From: a virus | Virus record (IMG/VR): IMGVR_UViG_3300031569_001508 | Location: 18,171 to 82,170 of that record | Length of the DNA stretch: 64,000 nt | Direction: 5' to 3' (one strand) | Shown here: positions 27,195-36,990 of the stretch, piece by piece | Position numbering within the stretch: position 1 is the stretch's first letter | How the letters are laid out: each line of letters starts with the position of its first letter | Notes under the pieces: generated by a model | Databases searched by the model: none | Told to the model about the DNA's origin: nothing | The model's input: only the letters and a program-made list of their open reading frames with translations | Program-made: the position numbers and the translations under genes

Positions 27195-27614
27195 ATGAGT
27201 ACACATTTTTTAGAGAGATTTTACAATCCGTATGATCTATTATTTCGCAACCTGTTTGAATCAGGAGCAACATTTACACCGGCTGGAGAAGCCAAACAAC
27301 AATATCCAATTAACATTTTTGAAGATGATCTAGGTCTAACTTTTGAGTTAGCTTGCACTGGCATTCCTAAAGAAGCCATTGAAGTTAAATTAGAAGGAGA
27401 TATGATCACCTTTTCTTATGATAAGGACAAAACCCCCGACCCCGAAAGAAGTTATATTCATAGAGGGATTGCAAAACGTTCTTTTAATTTAGCTTATAAA
27501 TTAGGAACTAAATTTACACCAAATAAAGCAACAGCTAATTTTAATGATGGTTTGTTAATAGTAACAGTACCATTTGCAAAAGAAGCAGCATCAAAAGTTA
27601 TAAAAATTAATTAA
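27195..27614 (+). CDS. small heat-shock protein Hsp20/IbpA-like
   Basis: YPINI, YIHRGIAKRSF, FNDGLL, C-terminal IKI. Confidence 0.9.
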   Translation: MSTHFLERFYNPYDLLFRNLFESGATFTPAGEAKQQYPINIFEDDLGLTFELACTGIPKEAIEVKLEGDMITFSYDKDKTPDPERSYIHRGIAKRSFNLAYKLGTKFTPNKATANFNDGLLIVTVPFAKEAASKVIKIN

Positions 27615-27641
27615 AGTCTTAACCTAAGTTCGCCCTTTAGG

Positions 27642-27670
27642 TTGGATTATTAATATATTTTTCGTATATT
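27642..27670 (+). promoter_or_regulatory. -33/-7 promoter for the groES-groEL unit
   Basis: TTGG-N18-GTATATT, overlapping hairpin 27621-27643. Confidence 0.75.
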
Positions 27671-27691
27671 AACGTAAATAAAAAAAGTTAT

Positions 27692-27991
27692 ATGACTACA
27701 AAAATCAAAGACCCAAAAATGGATCCCTATTATATAGGAAAAGACACATACTGTTATACAGTATATGAAATTGTAACACCTCAAGCAAAATATTTGGAAG
27801 AAGGTAGTGAAGGTAAAGATTATGAAAAACCACAAGCACATTTTTCTAATTTCGGATCGGCTCTTCAATGCGTTGCTAAACTTAAACTAAACAACTCACA
27901 AACCCAATATAATAGTATAAAAGAATATATTGAAAAGTGGGAATTATTAATGGTTGAATTAAAAGAACTACAAAATTATAAAGGATTATGA
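27692..27991 (+). CDS. hypothetical protein
   Basis: 99-aa ORF coupled to groES. Confidence 0.65.
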   Translation: MTTKIKDPKMDPYYIGKDTYCYTVYEIVTPQAKYLEEGSEGKDYEKPQAHFSNFGSALQCVAKLKLNNSQTQYNSIKEYIEKWELLMVELKELQNYKGL

Positions 27992-28380
27992 ATTTAGAAG
28001 CATTATTTAACGCAGTTATTGTAAAACCTCTAGAAGTAGAAGAGGAGACGTATGGATCAATTGTTGTACCAGATATTGGTAAAGATAAAAACGAGCATGG
28101 TGAAGTAGTAGCAGTAGGGCCAGGTTCAAATACACATATGGGGCATTTTATCCCAGCTGTAATTGAAGTAGGTGATATTGTTGTACTACCTACTCAAGGT
28201 TTTACTAAATTAGAACATGAAGGGGAGGAGTTTTATATCGGACCTGAAAATCAAGTATTAGCTAGAGTAAAAAGAGAAGTTAATGTTAAGGATGTTTTAT
28301 CTAAAACAGAGCCTTTAAATAAAGAACACTTAATAAGTGAAGAAGAATTAAATAAATTAGAAAATAAAAACCATGAGTAA
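27988..28380 (+). CDS. groES: co-chaperonin GroES with C-terminal extension
   Basis: GSIVVPD mobile loop, GEVVAVGPG, VGDIV. Confidence 0.88.
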   Translation: MNLEALFNAVIVKPLEVEEETYGSIVVPDIGKDKNEHGEVVAVGPGSNTHMGHFIPAVIEVGDIVVLPTQGFTKLEHEGEEFYIGPENQVLARVKREVNVKDVLSKTEPLNKEHLISEEELNKLENKNHE

Positions 28381-29998
28381 AATTATAGAATTTGGCCCTG
28401 AAGGGAGAAAAAAATTAGTAAAAGGAATTGATACGTTAGCTGATGCCGTAGTATCAACATTAGGACCTAATGGTAGAAATGTGGTAATTGAAAAAGACCA
28501 TCAACAGGTTCAATCTACTAAGGATGGTGTAACAGTTGCAAGACATATATCATTAAAAGATCCTGTAGAAAATTTAGGAGTGAATTTAGTTAGAGAAGCT
28601 TCTATTAAAACAGCAGATAAAGCTGGTGATGGAACTACTACCTCAACTTTACTTGCTAGAGAAATGATTAGAGAAGGATTACAACATTTAACAAATGGAG
28701 CTAATGCTGTAGATATTAAAAGAGGAATTGATAAAGCAGTAAAAGATGTTATCACATCATTAAGAAAAAATATTTCTGAAGATATATCTGAAGAAGGACA
28801 ATTAGAACAAGTTGCAACTATATCAGCAAATAACGACCCTGAAGTAGGAAAATTAATTGCTACAGCAATTGATAAAGTAGGACATGAAGGAGTAGTACAT
28901 ATTGAAGAAAGCAAATCAGGAGAAACATATCTTGAAACAGTTGAAGGTATGCAGTTTGAAAGAGGTTATAAATCTCATTATTTTGTTACTAATAACAATA
29001 CTATGACTTCTATTTTAGAAGATGTTCAAATTCTTATTGTAGATGAAAAATTAACAACAGTTAAAGCATTACTTCCAATTTTAGAAAGTGTAGCATCTCA
29101 AAACAAATCTTTACTAATTATTGCAGAAGATATTGATAATGAAGCATTAGCTACTTTAATAGTAAATAAAGGAAGAGGTACTATTAAAACTTGTGCTGTA
29201 AAAGCCCCAGATTTTGGTGATAGGAGAAAATTAATTTTAGAAGATATAGCTACATTAACAGGTGGAACGGTTTTTTCTAAAGAAAAGGGACATAAATGGG
29301 ATAAATTCCAACACAGTTGGTTCGGAGAAGCTCGAACAGTAACTATTACTAAAGATAAAACTACTATTATTGATGGAAAGGGAAATGAAGAAGCTGTTAA
29401 CAGCAGAGTTGACAATTTAACTAACCAGATTGATAGTGCTGAAAGTGATTTTGAAAAAGAACAATTACAAAATAGATTAGCTAGATTATGTGGAGGTATT
29501 TCAATAATTCATGTTGGGGGTTTTACAGAAACTGAAATGAATGAGAAAAAAGATAGAGTTGATGATGCTTTAAATGCCACTAAAGCAGCAATTGAAGAAG
29601 GAATAGTACCAGGTGGAGGAACAGCATTACTGTATGCTAGAAATTCTATTATTAATGATAATATTGGAGCTGGAATTGTTTATAAAGCTTGTGGTAAACC
29701 TTTTGAACAAATACTTATAAATGCTGGTTATGAATCCGTAGAGGCTCAAATGTTAGGTAAGTACCAACTAGTTGAAAGTGGGGATAATACATGGACTGGA
29801 TATAATATTAAAACTGATAAAGTTGTTGATATGAAAAAAGCTGGTATTATTGACCCTACAAAAGTAACAAGGGTTGCTATTGAAAATGCAGCAGCCGTAG
29901 CAGGTACTGTATTATTAACAGAATGTATAGTAGTAAATGAACCCAAAGAAGAAGAGAAACAACAACAAATAGATCCATCACAAATGATGGGAATGTAA
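28373..29998 (+). CDS. groEL: chaperonin GroEL
   Basis: TLGPNGRNV, TKDGVTVA, GDGTTT, EEGIVPGGG, GIIDPTKV. Confidence 0.95.
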   Translation: MSKIIEFGPEGRKKLVKGIDTLADAVVSTLGPNGRNVVIEKDHQQVQSTKDGVTVARHISLKDPVENLGVNLVREASIKTADKAGDGTTTSTLLAREMIREGLQHLTNGANAVDIKRGIDKAVKDVITSLRKNISEDISEEGQLEQVATISANNDPEVGKLIATAIDKVGHEGVVHIEESKSGETYLETVEGMQFERGYKSHYFVTNNNTMTSILEDVQILIVDEKLTTVKALLPILESVASQNKSLLIIAEDIDNEALATLIVNKGRGTIKTCAVKAPDFGDRRKLILEDIATLTGGTVFSKEKGHKWDKFQHSWFGEARTVTITKDKTTIIDGKGNEEAVNSRVDNLTNQIDSAESDFEKEQLQNRLARLCGGISIIHVGGFTETEMNEKKDRVDDALNATKAAIEEGIVPGGGTALLYARNSIINDNIGAGIVYKACGKPFEQILINAGYESVEAQMLGKYQLVESGDNTWTGYNIKTDKVVDMKKAGIIDPTKVTRVAIENAAAVAGTVLLTECIVVNEPKEEEKQQQIDPSQMMGM

Positions 29999-29999
29999 A

Positions 30000-30272
30000 A
30001 TGGAAACAGTAATAAACGAACATAATGAATTAATAGCAACAAGAGTACCACCTGGGGACAGGTGGCAACTTGTTGGTGATGTTAAAAAACAAGTATGGCC
30101 TACTTTAACGGATGTTTTAGAAGCATATTTAAACAAAACAGGTTTTAAAGGAGAATATAGATTAGATCCTTTAAGCAGTAAGTTGTATGCTATACAAACA
30201 ACTGAGGAACAAGTACAGCCTCAAGAAGAAAAACTATTTTCTTTATATGGAGAGTTTAGACAAGGTATTTAA
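30000..30272 (+). CDS. hypothetical protein
   Basis: 90-aa ORF. Confidence 0.6.
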   Translation: METVINEHNELIATRVPPGDRWQLVGDVKKQVWPTLTDVLEAYLNKTGFKGEYRLDPLSSKLYAIQTTEEQVQPQEEKLFSLYGEFRQGI

Positions 30273-30274
30273 AG

Positions 30275-30303
30275 TTGGTAGTTTAATTATATTTTCGTAT
30301 ATT
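30275..30303 (+). promoter_or_regulatory. -33/-7 promoter
   Basis: TTGG-N18-GTATATT. Confidence 0.75.
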
Positions 30304-30319
30304 ATATAAAATAAAAGTT

Positions 30320-31231
30320 ATGAATAAAAAACATTCACTATGGGTTGAAAAGTATAGACCCACTACATTAAAAAATTATGTTGGAAATGAAAGTATTAAA
30401 AAATCAATATCAAATTATATTGAACAAAATGATATTCAAAATTTAATATTTTATGGCCCAGCAGGAACAGGAAAAACAACATTAGCTAAACTTATTGTTA
30501 AAAATATTGATTGTGACTATCTTTACATAAATGCTAGTGATGAGAGGGGGATTGAAACAATTAGAGATAAAGTATCAGGATTTGCAAGTACAATGTCTTT
30601 TAAACCCCTTAAAGTAATTATTTTAGATGAAGCTGATTTTCTTACAATTCAAGCACAAGCATCTTTAAGAAATATAATAGAAACATTTTCACGTACTACT
30701 AGATTTATATTAACTTGTAATTATATTGAACGTGTAATTGATCCCCTACAATCTAGGTGTCAAACTTTAAAAGTAATTCCTCCATCAAAGCAAGATATTG
30801 TTTACCATATTATAGATATTCTTACTGCAGAAAATTTAGGAATGGGGGCTGATGAATTAAAATTAGTTATTAACCAACATTACCCAGATATTCGTAAAGT
30901 ACTTAATACTCTACAGGTTTCTAATGTAGAAGATGATACTATTATTATAGATAAAACAACATTAGTATCATCAAGTTATATGAGAAAAGTATTAAAGGAA
31001 TTATCTGATGATAAACCAAGATTTAATGATATTAGACAAATAATTGCGGATGCAAATGTTCAAGATTTTGAAGAATTATATAGATATCTTTATGATCATG
31101 CCCATATATTTGCTTTAGGTAAAGAAGGTACAGTAGCCTATTATATAAATGAGTACACATACCAGTCCAATTTTAGAATTGATAAAGAAATAAACTGTAT
31201 GGCATTAATAAGTCAACTTATTAAACTATAA
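30320..31231 (+). CDS. clamp loader AAA+ subunit (gp44/RFC-like)
   Basis: WVEKYRP, GPAGTGKT, NASDERG, LDEAD, SRC. Confidence 0.92.
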   Translation: MNKKHSLWVEKYRPTTLKNYVGNESIKKSISNYIEQNDIQNLIFYGPAGTGKTTLAKLIVKNIDCDYLYINASDERGIETIRDKVSGFASTMSFKPLKVIILDEADFLTIQAQASLRNIIETFSRTTRFILTCNYIERVIDPLQSRCQTLKVIPPSKQDIVYHIIDILTAENLGMGADELKLVINQHYPDIRKVLNTLQVSNVEDDTIIIDKTTLVSSSYMRKVLKELSDDKPRFNDIRQIIADANVQDFEELYRYLYDHAHIFALGKEGTVAYYINEYTYQSNFRIDKEINCMALISQLIKL

Positions 31232-31269
31232 AAATAATAATAAATAAACAATTAATAAAAAAAAACAAA

Positions 31270-31512
31270 ATGAGCGAACAAGTACAACAACCCCAAATAG
31301 ATCTAAAAAGTACTACTGGATTTGAAGATGAAAATGGAAATAAAATTTTTCAACAAGGATATATTCTTAGAAAAGTCTCTAAATTTATATCTGGAGGTAA
31401 TGAAGATGCTATAATGCCTATTCCTGTATTTTATGAACCAAAGACAGGAAAAATAGTAGAATCAACACTCCACCCAGATTTAAAAGAAGAATTTAAGAAT
31501 GACTGTATTTAA
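31270..31512 (+). CDS. hypothetical protein
   Basis: 80-aa ORF between the clamp-loader genes. Confidence 0.6.
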   Translation: MSEQVQQPQIDLKSTTGFEDENGNKIFQQGYILRKVSKFISGGNEDAIMPIPVFYEPKTGKIVESTLHPDLKEEFKNDCI

Positions 31513-31915
31513 TTGGTTAAACGAAGTTACTGTTAAAAAAACCCCAACCACTCAATTTTCTCAAGAAGATTGGGATGGTTGGAATTCTTATATGGTCCAT
31601 AGATTTTTATCTATGAATAAATCATATATTGATGTGGTTAATGTAGCACAAAAATTTCACCCAACTGATAAAAAAGGAATTTATAACTTTTATAAAGAAA
31701 CTCTTCCAAGTAAAAAAATTTGGAACAAATATATAAAAAACCAAAATAAAAAAGATACTAAAGAGCTATCTAAAATAATAGCTCATTATTTTGAATTAGG
31801 GATTCATGAATCAAATTCGTATATTCCCATATTAGGGAAAGATAACATAATTGATATACTTAATTCTATAGGACTAGAAAAAAAAGAAATTAAAAAACTT
31901 ATAAAAACAATATGA
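31499..31915 (+). CDS. clamp loader small subunit (gp62-like)
   Basis: F.WLN.V..KK, YMVHRFLS, LPSKK.W.KY; gene context. Confidence 0.65.
   Translation: MTVFNWLNEVTVKKTPTTQFSQEDWDGWNSYMVHRFLSMNKSYIDVVNVAQKFHPTDKKGIYNFYKETLPSKKIWNKYIKNQNKKDTKELSKIIAHYFELGIHESNSYIPILGKDNIIDILNSIGLEKKEIKKLIKTI
31797..31825 (+). promoter_or_regulatory. intragenic -33/-7 promoter (TAGG variant)
   Basis: TAGG-N18-GTATATT inside the gp62-like CDS. Confidence 0.5.
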
Positions 31916-32142
31916 TATTACAAGTATACAACATGTTAAAATCATCAGCTGAAGCTGATAAAAATAAAGCATTACTCAGTTTAGAATTATTAACTAAACA
32001 TGCAGCAGGTATTGGTGACCATTCTACTGGGGATTTTTATAAAAATGCTGAAGAAGCACTTATAATGTTAGTAGATGCTGATGATAGATTAGCTACATTA
32101 GATAAATATTTTTCACAACCAAAAGAAGTAATTAATGAGTGA
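31912..32142 (+). CDS. hypothetical protein
   Basis: Helical 76-aa ORF with GIGDH motif. Confidence 0.65.
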   Translation: MILQVYNMLKSSAEADKNKALLSLELLTKHAAGIGDHSTGDFYKNAEEALIMLVDADDRLATLDKYFSQPKEVINE

Positions 32143-32557
32143 TATAATTAAAAAATACGAAGAAATGAGTAGTGAAGAGATAATAGATTATAAAACTCAA
32201 AATACAACACCTGATTTAAATTCAACACCTGTAGAAATATTCGAACATGAATATCCAGAATTATCAAAGGAATTTAAACAAATACAAAAAGAAATGTATA
32301 AAATGTTTGCTGCTAAGCATATGGATTATGGATTACAAAATATTTCGTTAGGTGGGGATTTGACTAATGCAAATGATAAAAAGTTTTCATTAACAGGTCT
32401 TGCAATTAGACTAACTGATAAAATATCAAGATTAAGAAATTTACTTACTAATGGTAGAAGTTTTGTTAAAGGTGAAGGAATGGAAGATACGTTTATTGAT
32501 ATTGCTAATTATGGAATAATTGGTATGTTAGTGGGACGTAACAAATGGAAAAAATAA
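32135..32557 (+). CDS. nucleotide-modification-associated domain 1 (DUF1599-like) protein
   Basis: KHMDYG, IRLTDKISRL, EDTFIDIANY. Confidence 0.75.
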   Translation: MSDIIKKYEEMSSEEIIDYKTQNTTPDLNSTPVEIFEHEYPELSKEFKQIQKEMYKMFAAKHMDYGLQNISLGGDLTNANDKKFSLTGLAIRLTDKISRLRNLLTNGRSFVKGEGMEDTFIDIANYGIIGMLVGRNKWKK

Positions 32558-33516
32558 TTTTGGGAAAGAAAAAATTACCAATTATAGTAAGGGAAATAAG
32601 AGAAAACCCTCCAACTCCCCTAAATTTTGCAGTTGAAAAAAACATTTCTTATTCTCAACTATCAATGTTCACTCAGTGTCCTAAAAAATGGGCCCTTCAA
32701 TATAGAGATGGTCATAAAATCAGCGAACAAAGCATTCATATGACTTTTGGAACAGCTTTACATGAAGTTTTACAACATTATTTAGATGTAATGTATGAAA
32801 CAAGTGGAGCTGAAGCAGATAGAATTGATATTGAAGAGTTATTTGAAGATACCTTAAGAGAATGTTATGCTAATGATTATAAAAAAAATAAAGGTAAACA
32901 TTTTAGCTCGCCAGAAGAATTAAGAGAGTTTTTTGAAGATGGTAAATCTATTTTAGATAATTTTAAAAAAAATAAAGGTGGACATTTTAATAAAAAAGGA
33001 TGGTATTTAGTAGGTTGTGAAATACCATTAGTTATCGCGCCTAATATGCGCCTTAACCGCGTAAAATACATGGGTTACTTAGATATCGTAATGTACCATG
33101 AACCAACAAATACATTTAAGATAATCGATATAAAAACGTCAACTAAAGGATGGGGTTCGTATGCTAAAAAAGATGAGTCTAAACAATTTCAACTAGTACT
33201 TTACAAATATTTCTTCAGTAAGCAATATAACATACCAATTGAAAACATTGACATTGAATTTTTTATTGTTAGACGTAAAGTATATTTAGATGGTGAATAT
33301 CCTCAAAAGAGAATCCAAACATTCACCCCAGCTTCTGGAAAAAATAAAGTTAATAAAGCTACTAGAAATTTAGATGAATTTATAAATAGAGCATTTAACT
33401 TGGATGGGTCATATAAAGATACTATATTTGAGGCAAATCCAAGTAGATGGAATTGTAATTTTTGTCCTTATAAAACAAAAAAGGAATTATGTAATGCAGT
33501 TGGTAAATCTTTATAA
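32545..33516 (+). CDS. PD-(D/E)xK exonuclease (Cas4/RecB-like)
   Basis: SYSQL...CP, GTALH, GYLD, IIDIKT, QLVLY, CNFCPY...C. Confidence 0.85.
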   Translation: MEKIILGKKKLPIIVREIRENPPTPLNFAVEKNISYSQLSMFTQCPKKWALQYRDGHKISEQSIHMTFGTALHEVLQHYLDVMYETSGAEADRIDIEELFEDTLRECYANDYKKNKGKHFSSPEELREFFEDGKSILDNFKKNKGGHFNKKGWYLVGCEIPLVIAPNMRLNRVKYMGYLDIVMYHEPTNTFKIIDIKTSTKGWGSYAKKDESKQFQLVLYKYFFSKQYNIPIENIDIEFFIVRRKVYLDGEYPQKRIQTFTPASGKNKVNKATRNLDEFINRAFNLDGSYKDTIFEANPSRWNCNFCPYKTKKELCNAVGKSL

Positions 33517-33523
33517 TCTGCAT

Positions 33524-33532
33524 ATATGTATA
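33524..33532 (+). promoter_or_regulatory. putative late promoter motif ATATGTATA
   Basis: Heads the first glycosylation island. Confidence 0.45.
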
Positions 33533-33560
33533 GACAAATATAACAATAAAAACAAATATT

Positions 33561-33746
33561 ATGGCACAAAAAGAAATGACACTAACTAGTGTAAAAGTAA
33601 AAAGTAATTTATTTGATGATTTTAAAATCGAATGTGTAAAAAGAAAATTTAGTTTTCAAAAATTAGCAGATAGATCTTTATTTTTATACTTAACAGACGA
33701 AGATTTTAGGAAAAAAATTAACTCACAGGTAAATTTAGAAAAATAA
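33561..33746 (+). CDS. small ribbon-helix-helix-like protein
   Basis: LTSVKV strand followed by two helices. Confidence 0.5.
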   Translation: MAQKEMTLTSVKVKSNLFDDFKIECVKRKFSFQKLADRSLFLYLTDEDFRKKINSQVNLEK

Positions 33747-33772
33747 CAAAAAATAACAAAAAAGTTTTATAA

Positions 33773-35203
33773 ATGAGAGAAGGTTACATTAAAAAAGAAG
33801 ATAGAAAAAAAATTCTACTTTTAACAGATGATATTAGAGTCCATTCAGGAGTAGCTCAAATAGGAAGGGAAACAGTAGAACATACAGCTCATAGATATAA
33901 TTGGGTTCAAATAGCTGGGGCAATTCAACATCCTGAAAAAGGAAAAATACAAGATTTAAGTGAATCTATAAATAAACGAATGGATTTAAATGATTCATCA
34001 GTTTTACTATATCCTTGTGATGGTTATGGAGATGAAAAATTAGTAAGAATGATTATCAAAAGAGAAAAACCAGATATTATCTTATTAATTACAGATCCAC
34101 GTTATTTTGAATGGTTATTTCAAATAGAAAATGAAATTAGAAGTCAAATTCCTATTACATATTTAAATATTTGGGATGACTTACCAGCTCCCATGTATAA
34201 TAGAGAATTTTATGATTCATGTGATGCTTTGTTTGGTATTTCTAAACAAACAAAAAATATTAATGAAATGGTTTTAGGTGAATTATCTAAAAACAAAGTA
34301 ATGAAATTTATCCCTCATGGATTAAATGAAAAAAACTTTTTTCCTTTAAAATCTACCGATCCTAAATTAAAAGAACTATCAACACATCTTCAAAAAGATA
34401 AGGATATTAAATTTTCATTATTATTTAATTCTAGAAATATTAGAAGAAAATGTATTCCTGATACTATAATGGCTTGGAAGTTATTTTTAGATAATCTTAC
34501 TACAGAAGAAAGAAATCAATGTCAAATGGTAATGCACACCCAACCAATTGACCAAAATGGAACGGATCTACCAGCAGTAATTAACTTTTTATTCCCCGAA
34601 AATGATCATAATATTGTAATGTCTCACCAAAAATTTACAACAGATCAAATGAATTTATTATATAATAATGCTGATGGTGTTATATTATTATCATCTGCAG
34701 AAGGATGGGGGTTATCATTGACAGAAGCACTATTAACTGGTACTCCATTTATAGCAAACGTAACAGGTGGTATGCAAGATCAAATGAGATTCGTAGATGA
34801 AAGTGGTAAGTGGTATACTCCAAACCCAGATGTCCCATCAAACCATAGAAAAACATACACAAAATGTGGTGAATGGGCTCTACCAGTCTTTCCAACTAAT
34901 CTATCATTAGTAGGATCTCCAAAAACACCATACATTTATGATGACAGATGTTCATTTGAAGATGCTGCTGAGCAAATAATGAAGTTGTATAAAATGGGAG
35001 ATAAAAAAAGAAAATCAATTGGTGAAAAAGGAAGAAAATGGGCTTTAAGTAAAGAGGCTGGATTTACATCTGAAATTATGGCTGAAAGAATAACAGAGGG
35101 TTTTGAAGAGACATTAAAAAACTTTAAACCAAAATCTAAATTTACATTTTCTAGCGACACTGATAGTAATAAAAAAGTTTTAAATCACAAATTAATATAT
35201 TAA
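33773..35203 (+). CDS. GT-B (GT4-like) glycosyltransferase
   Basis: HSGVA, IPHG, RNIRRK, EGWGLSLTEA. Confidence 0.85.
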   Translation: MREGYIKKEDRKKILLLTDDIRVHSGVAQIGRETVEHTAHRYNWVQIAGAIQHPEKGKIQDLSESINKRMDLNDSSVLLYPCDGYGDEKLVRMIIKREKPDIILLITDPRYFEWLFQIENEIRSQIPITYLNIWDDLPAPMYNREFYDSCDALFGISKQTKNINEMVLGELSKNKVMKFIPHGLNEKNFFPLKSTDPKLKELSTHLQKDKDIKFSLLFNSRNIRRKCIPDTIMAWKLFLDNLTTEERNQCQMVMHTQPIDQNGTDLPAVINFLFPENDHNIVMSHQKFTTDQMNLLYNNADGVILLSSAEGWGLSLTEALLTGTPFIANVTGGMQDQMRFVDESGKWYTPNPDVPSNHRKTYTKCGEWALPVFPTNLSLVGSPKTPYIYDDRCSFEDAAEQIMKLYKMGDKKRKSIGEKGRKWALSKEAGFTSEIMAERITEGFEETLKNFKPKSKFTFSSDTDSNKKVLNHKLIY

Positions 35204-35204
35204 T

Positions 35205-36482
35205 ATGAAAAATACATTTGTAATTAGTTGTCCAATAGATACTTATAGTGGTTATGGAGCAAGATCTAGAGATTTTGTAAAAGCATTAATAGAGTTGGAC
35301 GAATATGAAGTACAAATATTACCTCAAAGGTGGGGAAGTTGTGCTGAGGGTTTTATAGAAGATAATAAAGAATGGGAGTTTTTAAATAAACATCTAATTC
35401 CACAACTAATGGCAAAACCTGATTATTGGTGCCAGATAACTGTCCCAAATGAGTTTCAACCTGTAGGGAAATATAATATTGGTTTAACAGCTGGTATGGA
35501 AACTACTATAGTTGATGGAAGTTGGATTGAGGGTTGTAATAGAATGGATTTAATTTTAACCTCGTCAACACATTCAAAAAATGTTTTTAAAAATTCAACT
35601 TTTTATAGAAATGGAGATGAAAAAGATTTAATAGAATTATCTAAACCAATTGAGGTATTAATTGAGGGTTTAAATTTAGATGTTTATAAACCCATTAAAA
35701 AGTTTAAAAATAAAGAATTATACAATCACCTAGATTCTATCCCAGAGAAATTTGCTTACATATCAGTAGGACATTGGATGCAGGGTGAAATGGGTGAAGA
35801 TAGAAAAAATATAGGATTAACCGTTAAGGCTTTTTATGAATTATTTAAAAATAAAAAACATTCACCAGCTTTAATTTTAAAATGCTGTATAGTAAATGGC
35901 AGTATTATGGATAGGTCAGAAATACTTAGAAGAATTAAAATTATAAGAGATTCAATTACTGACGCTAAGATATTACCTAAAATCTATCTCTTACATGGTA
36001 ATTTTACAGATCCTGAAATGAATGAATTATACAACCATCCAAAAATAAAGGCAATGGTTAGTTTAACAAAAGGAGAAGGTTTTGGGAGGCCATTATTAGA
36101 ATTTAGTGCGATTAATAAACCTATAATAGCAACAAATTGGTCGGGCCATGTTGATTTTTTAAAGAATGTAAGTTTTGTAGAAGGTAAGTTGAATAAAGTT
36201 CATCCATCAGCTGTTGTTAAAAATATGATTTTACCAGAAGCAGAGTGGTTTGCCCCAGAATTAGCAGATATAGGATACTCATTTAATAATGTTTGGGAAG
36301 CTTATGATGAGTGGTTAAAAGATGCAAAACAGCAAGGTTTCCATTCACGAAAGAATTTTTCATATGATGTTATGAAAAAACAAATAAAAACCATTTTTTC
36401 TAAAAATTTAACAAAATTACCTAAAAAGATGGATTTAAACATAGGTAAAATTGAAATGCCTAAAAAACTAAAAAAAGTATAA
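35205..36482 (+). CDS. GT-B (GT4-like) glycosyltransferase
   Basis: SGYGARSRD, DRKN, GEGFGRPLLE, WSGHVDF. Confidence 0.85.
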   Translation: MKNTFVISCPIDTYSGYGARSRDFVKALIELDEYEVQILPQRWGSCAEGFIEDNKEWEFLNKHLIPQLMAKPDYWCQITVPNEFQPVGKYNIGLTAGMETTIVDGSWIEGCNRMDLILTSSTHSKNVFKNSTFYRNGDEKDLIELSKPIEVLIEGLNLDVYKPIKKFKNKELYNHLDSIPEKFAYISVGHWMQGEMGEDRKNIGLTVKAFYELFKNKKHSPALILKCCIVNGSIMDRSEILRRIKIIRDSITDAKILPKIYLLHGNFTDPEMNELYNHPKIKAMVSLTKGEGFGRPLLEFSAINKPIIATNWSGHVDFLKNVSFVEGKLNKVHPSAVVKNMILPEAEWFAPELADIGYSFNNVWEAYDEWLKDAKQQGFHSRKNFSYDVMKKQIKTIFSKNLTKLPKKMDLNIGKIEMPKKLKKV

Positions 36483-36484
36483 TT

Positions 36485-36985
36485 ATGGGAGTAGAAACAG
36501 ATAAATTAATTAAATGTAATAGATGTGAAGGTGATGCTTGTTACTATCAAGAAGTAAATAATATTAAATTATATTCATGTTATGGTTGTGGTTTTCAAAC
36601 CTCATCAATAATGAAAAAAGATGAGAAATTTTTTGAAGAACAGATGGAAATACTTCCTGAATTATATAAAGCTTTACTAGGTGAAGACGATGAAGGATTA
36701 ATTTGGATGCCCCAAACTGTAAACCTACCACAAACTGGAATGGTATTCGCATCAGTAGCTAAAGAACATGGTATAGTAAATGAAACACCTTCTCAAGATA
36801 ATTATGAATGGGCTGCCGTAAAAGCTATTAAAATAAAAGAAGAAGATAAAGAAAAATACCCCATCCCTAATAAAAAAGGTGAATTTTATGAATGGAGAAT
36901 GGATATGACAACTGAAAAAAGATTTCCACATAAGGATTTTGTAGAGGCTTTAGATTACATAGGAATTTTTGGAGAAGAAAAATAA
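36485..36985 (+). CDS. Zn-ribbon protein
   Basis: CNRC...CYGCG. Confidence 0.6.
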   Translation: MGVETDKLIKCNRCEGDACYYQEVNNIKLYSCYGCGFQTSSIMKKDEKFFEEQMEILPELYKALLGEDDEGLIWMPQTVNLPQTGMVFASVAKEHGIVNETPSQDNYEWAAVKAIKIKEEDKEKYPIPNKKGEFYEWRMDMTTEKRFPHKDFVEALDYIGIFGEEK

Positions 36986-36990
36986 ATTTA

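Noticed and set aside
32545-33516. Cas4-like nuclease as a sign of CRISPR-Cas
   Set aside because: No repeat-spacer array or other cas gene is in the window; solo PD-(D/E)xK exonucleases are common in phage replication regions.
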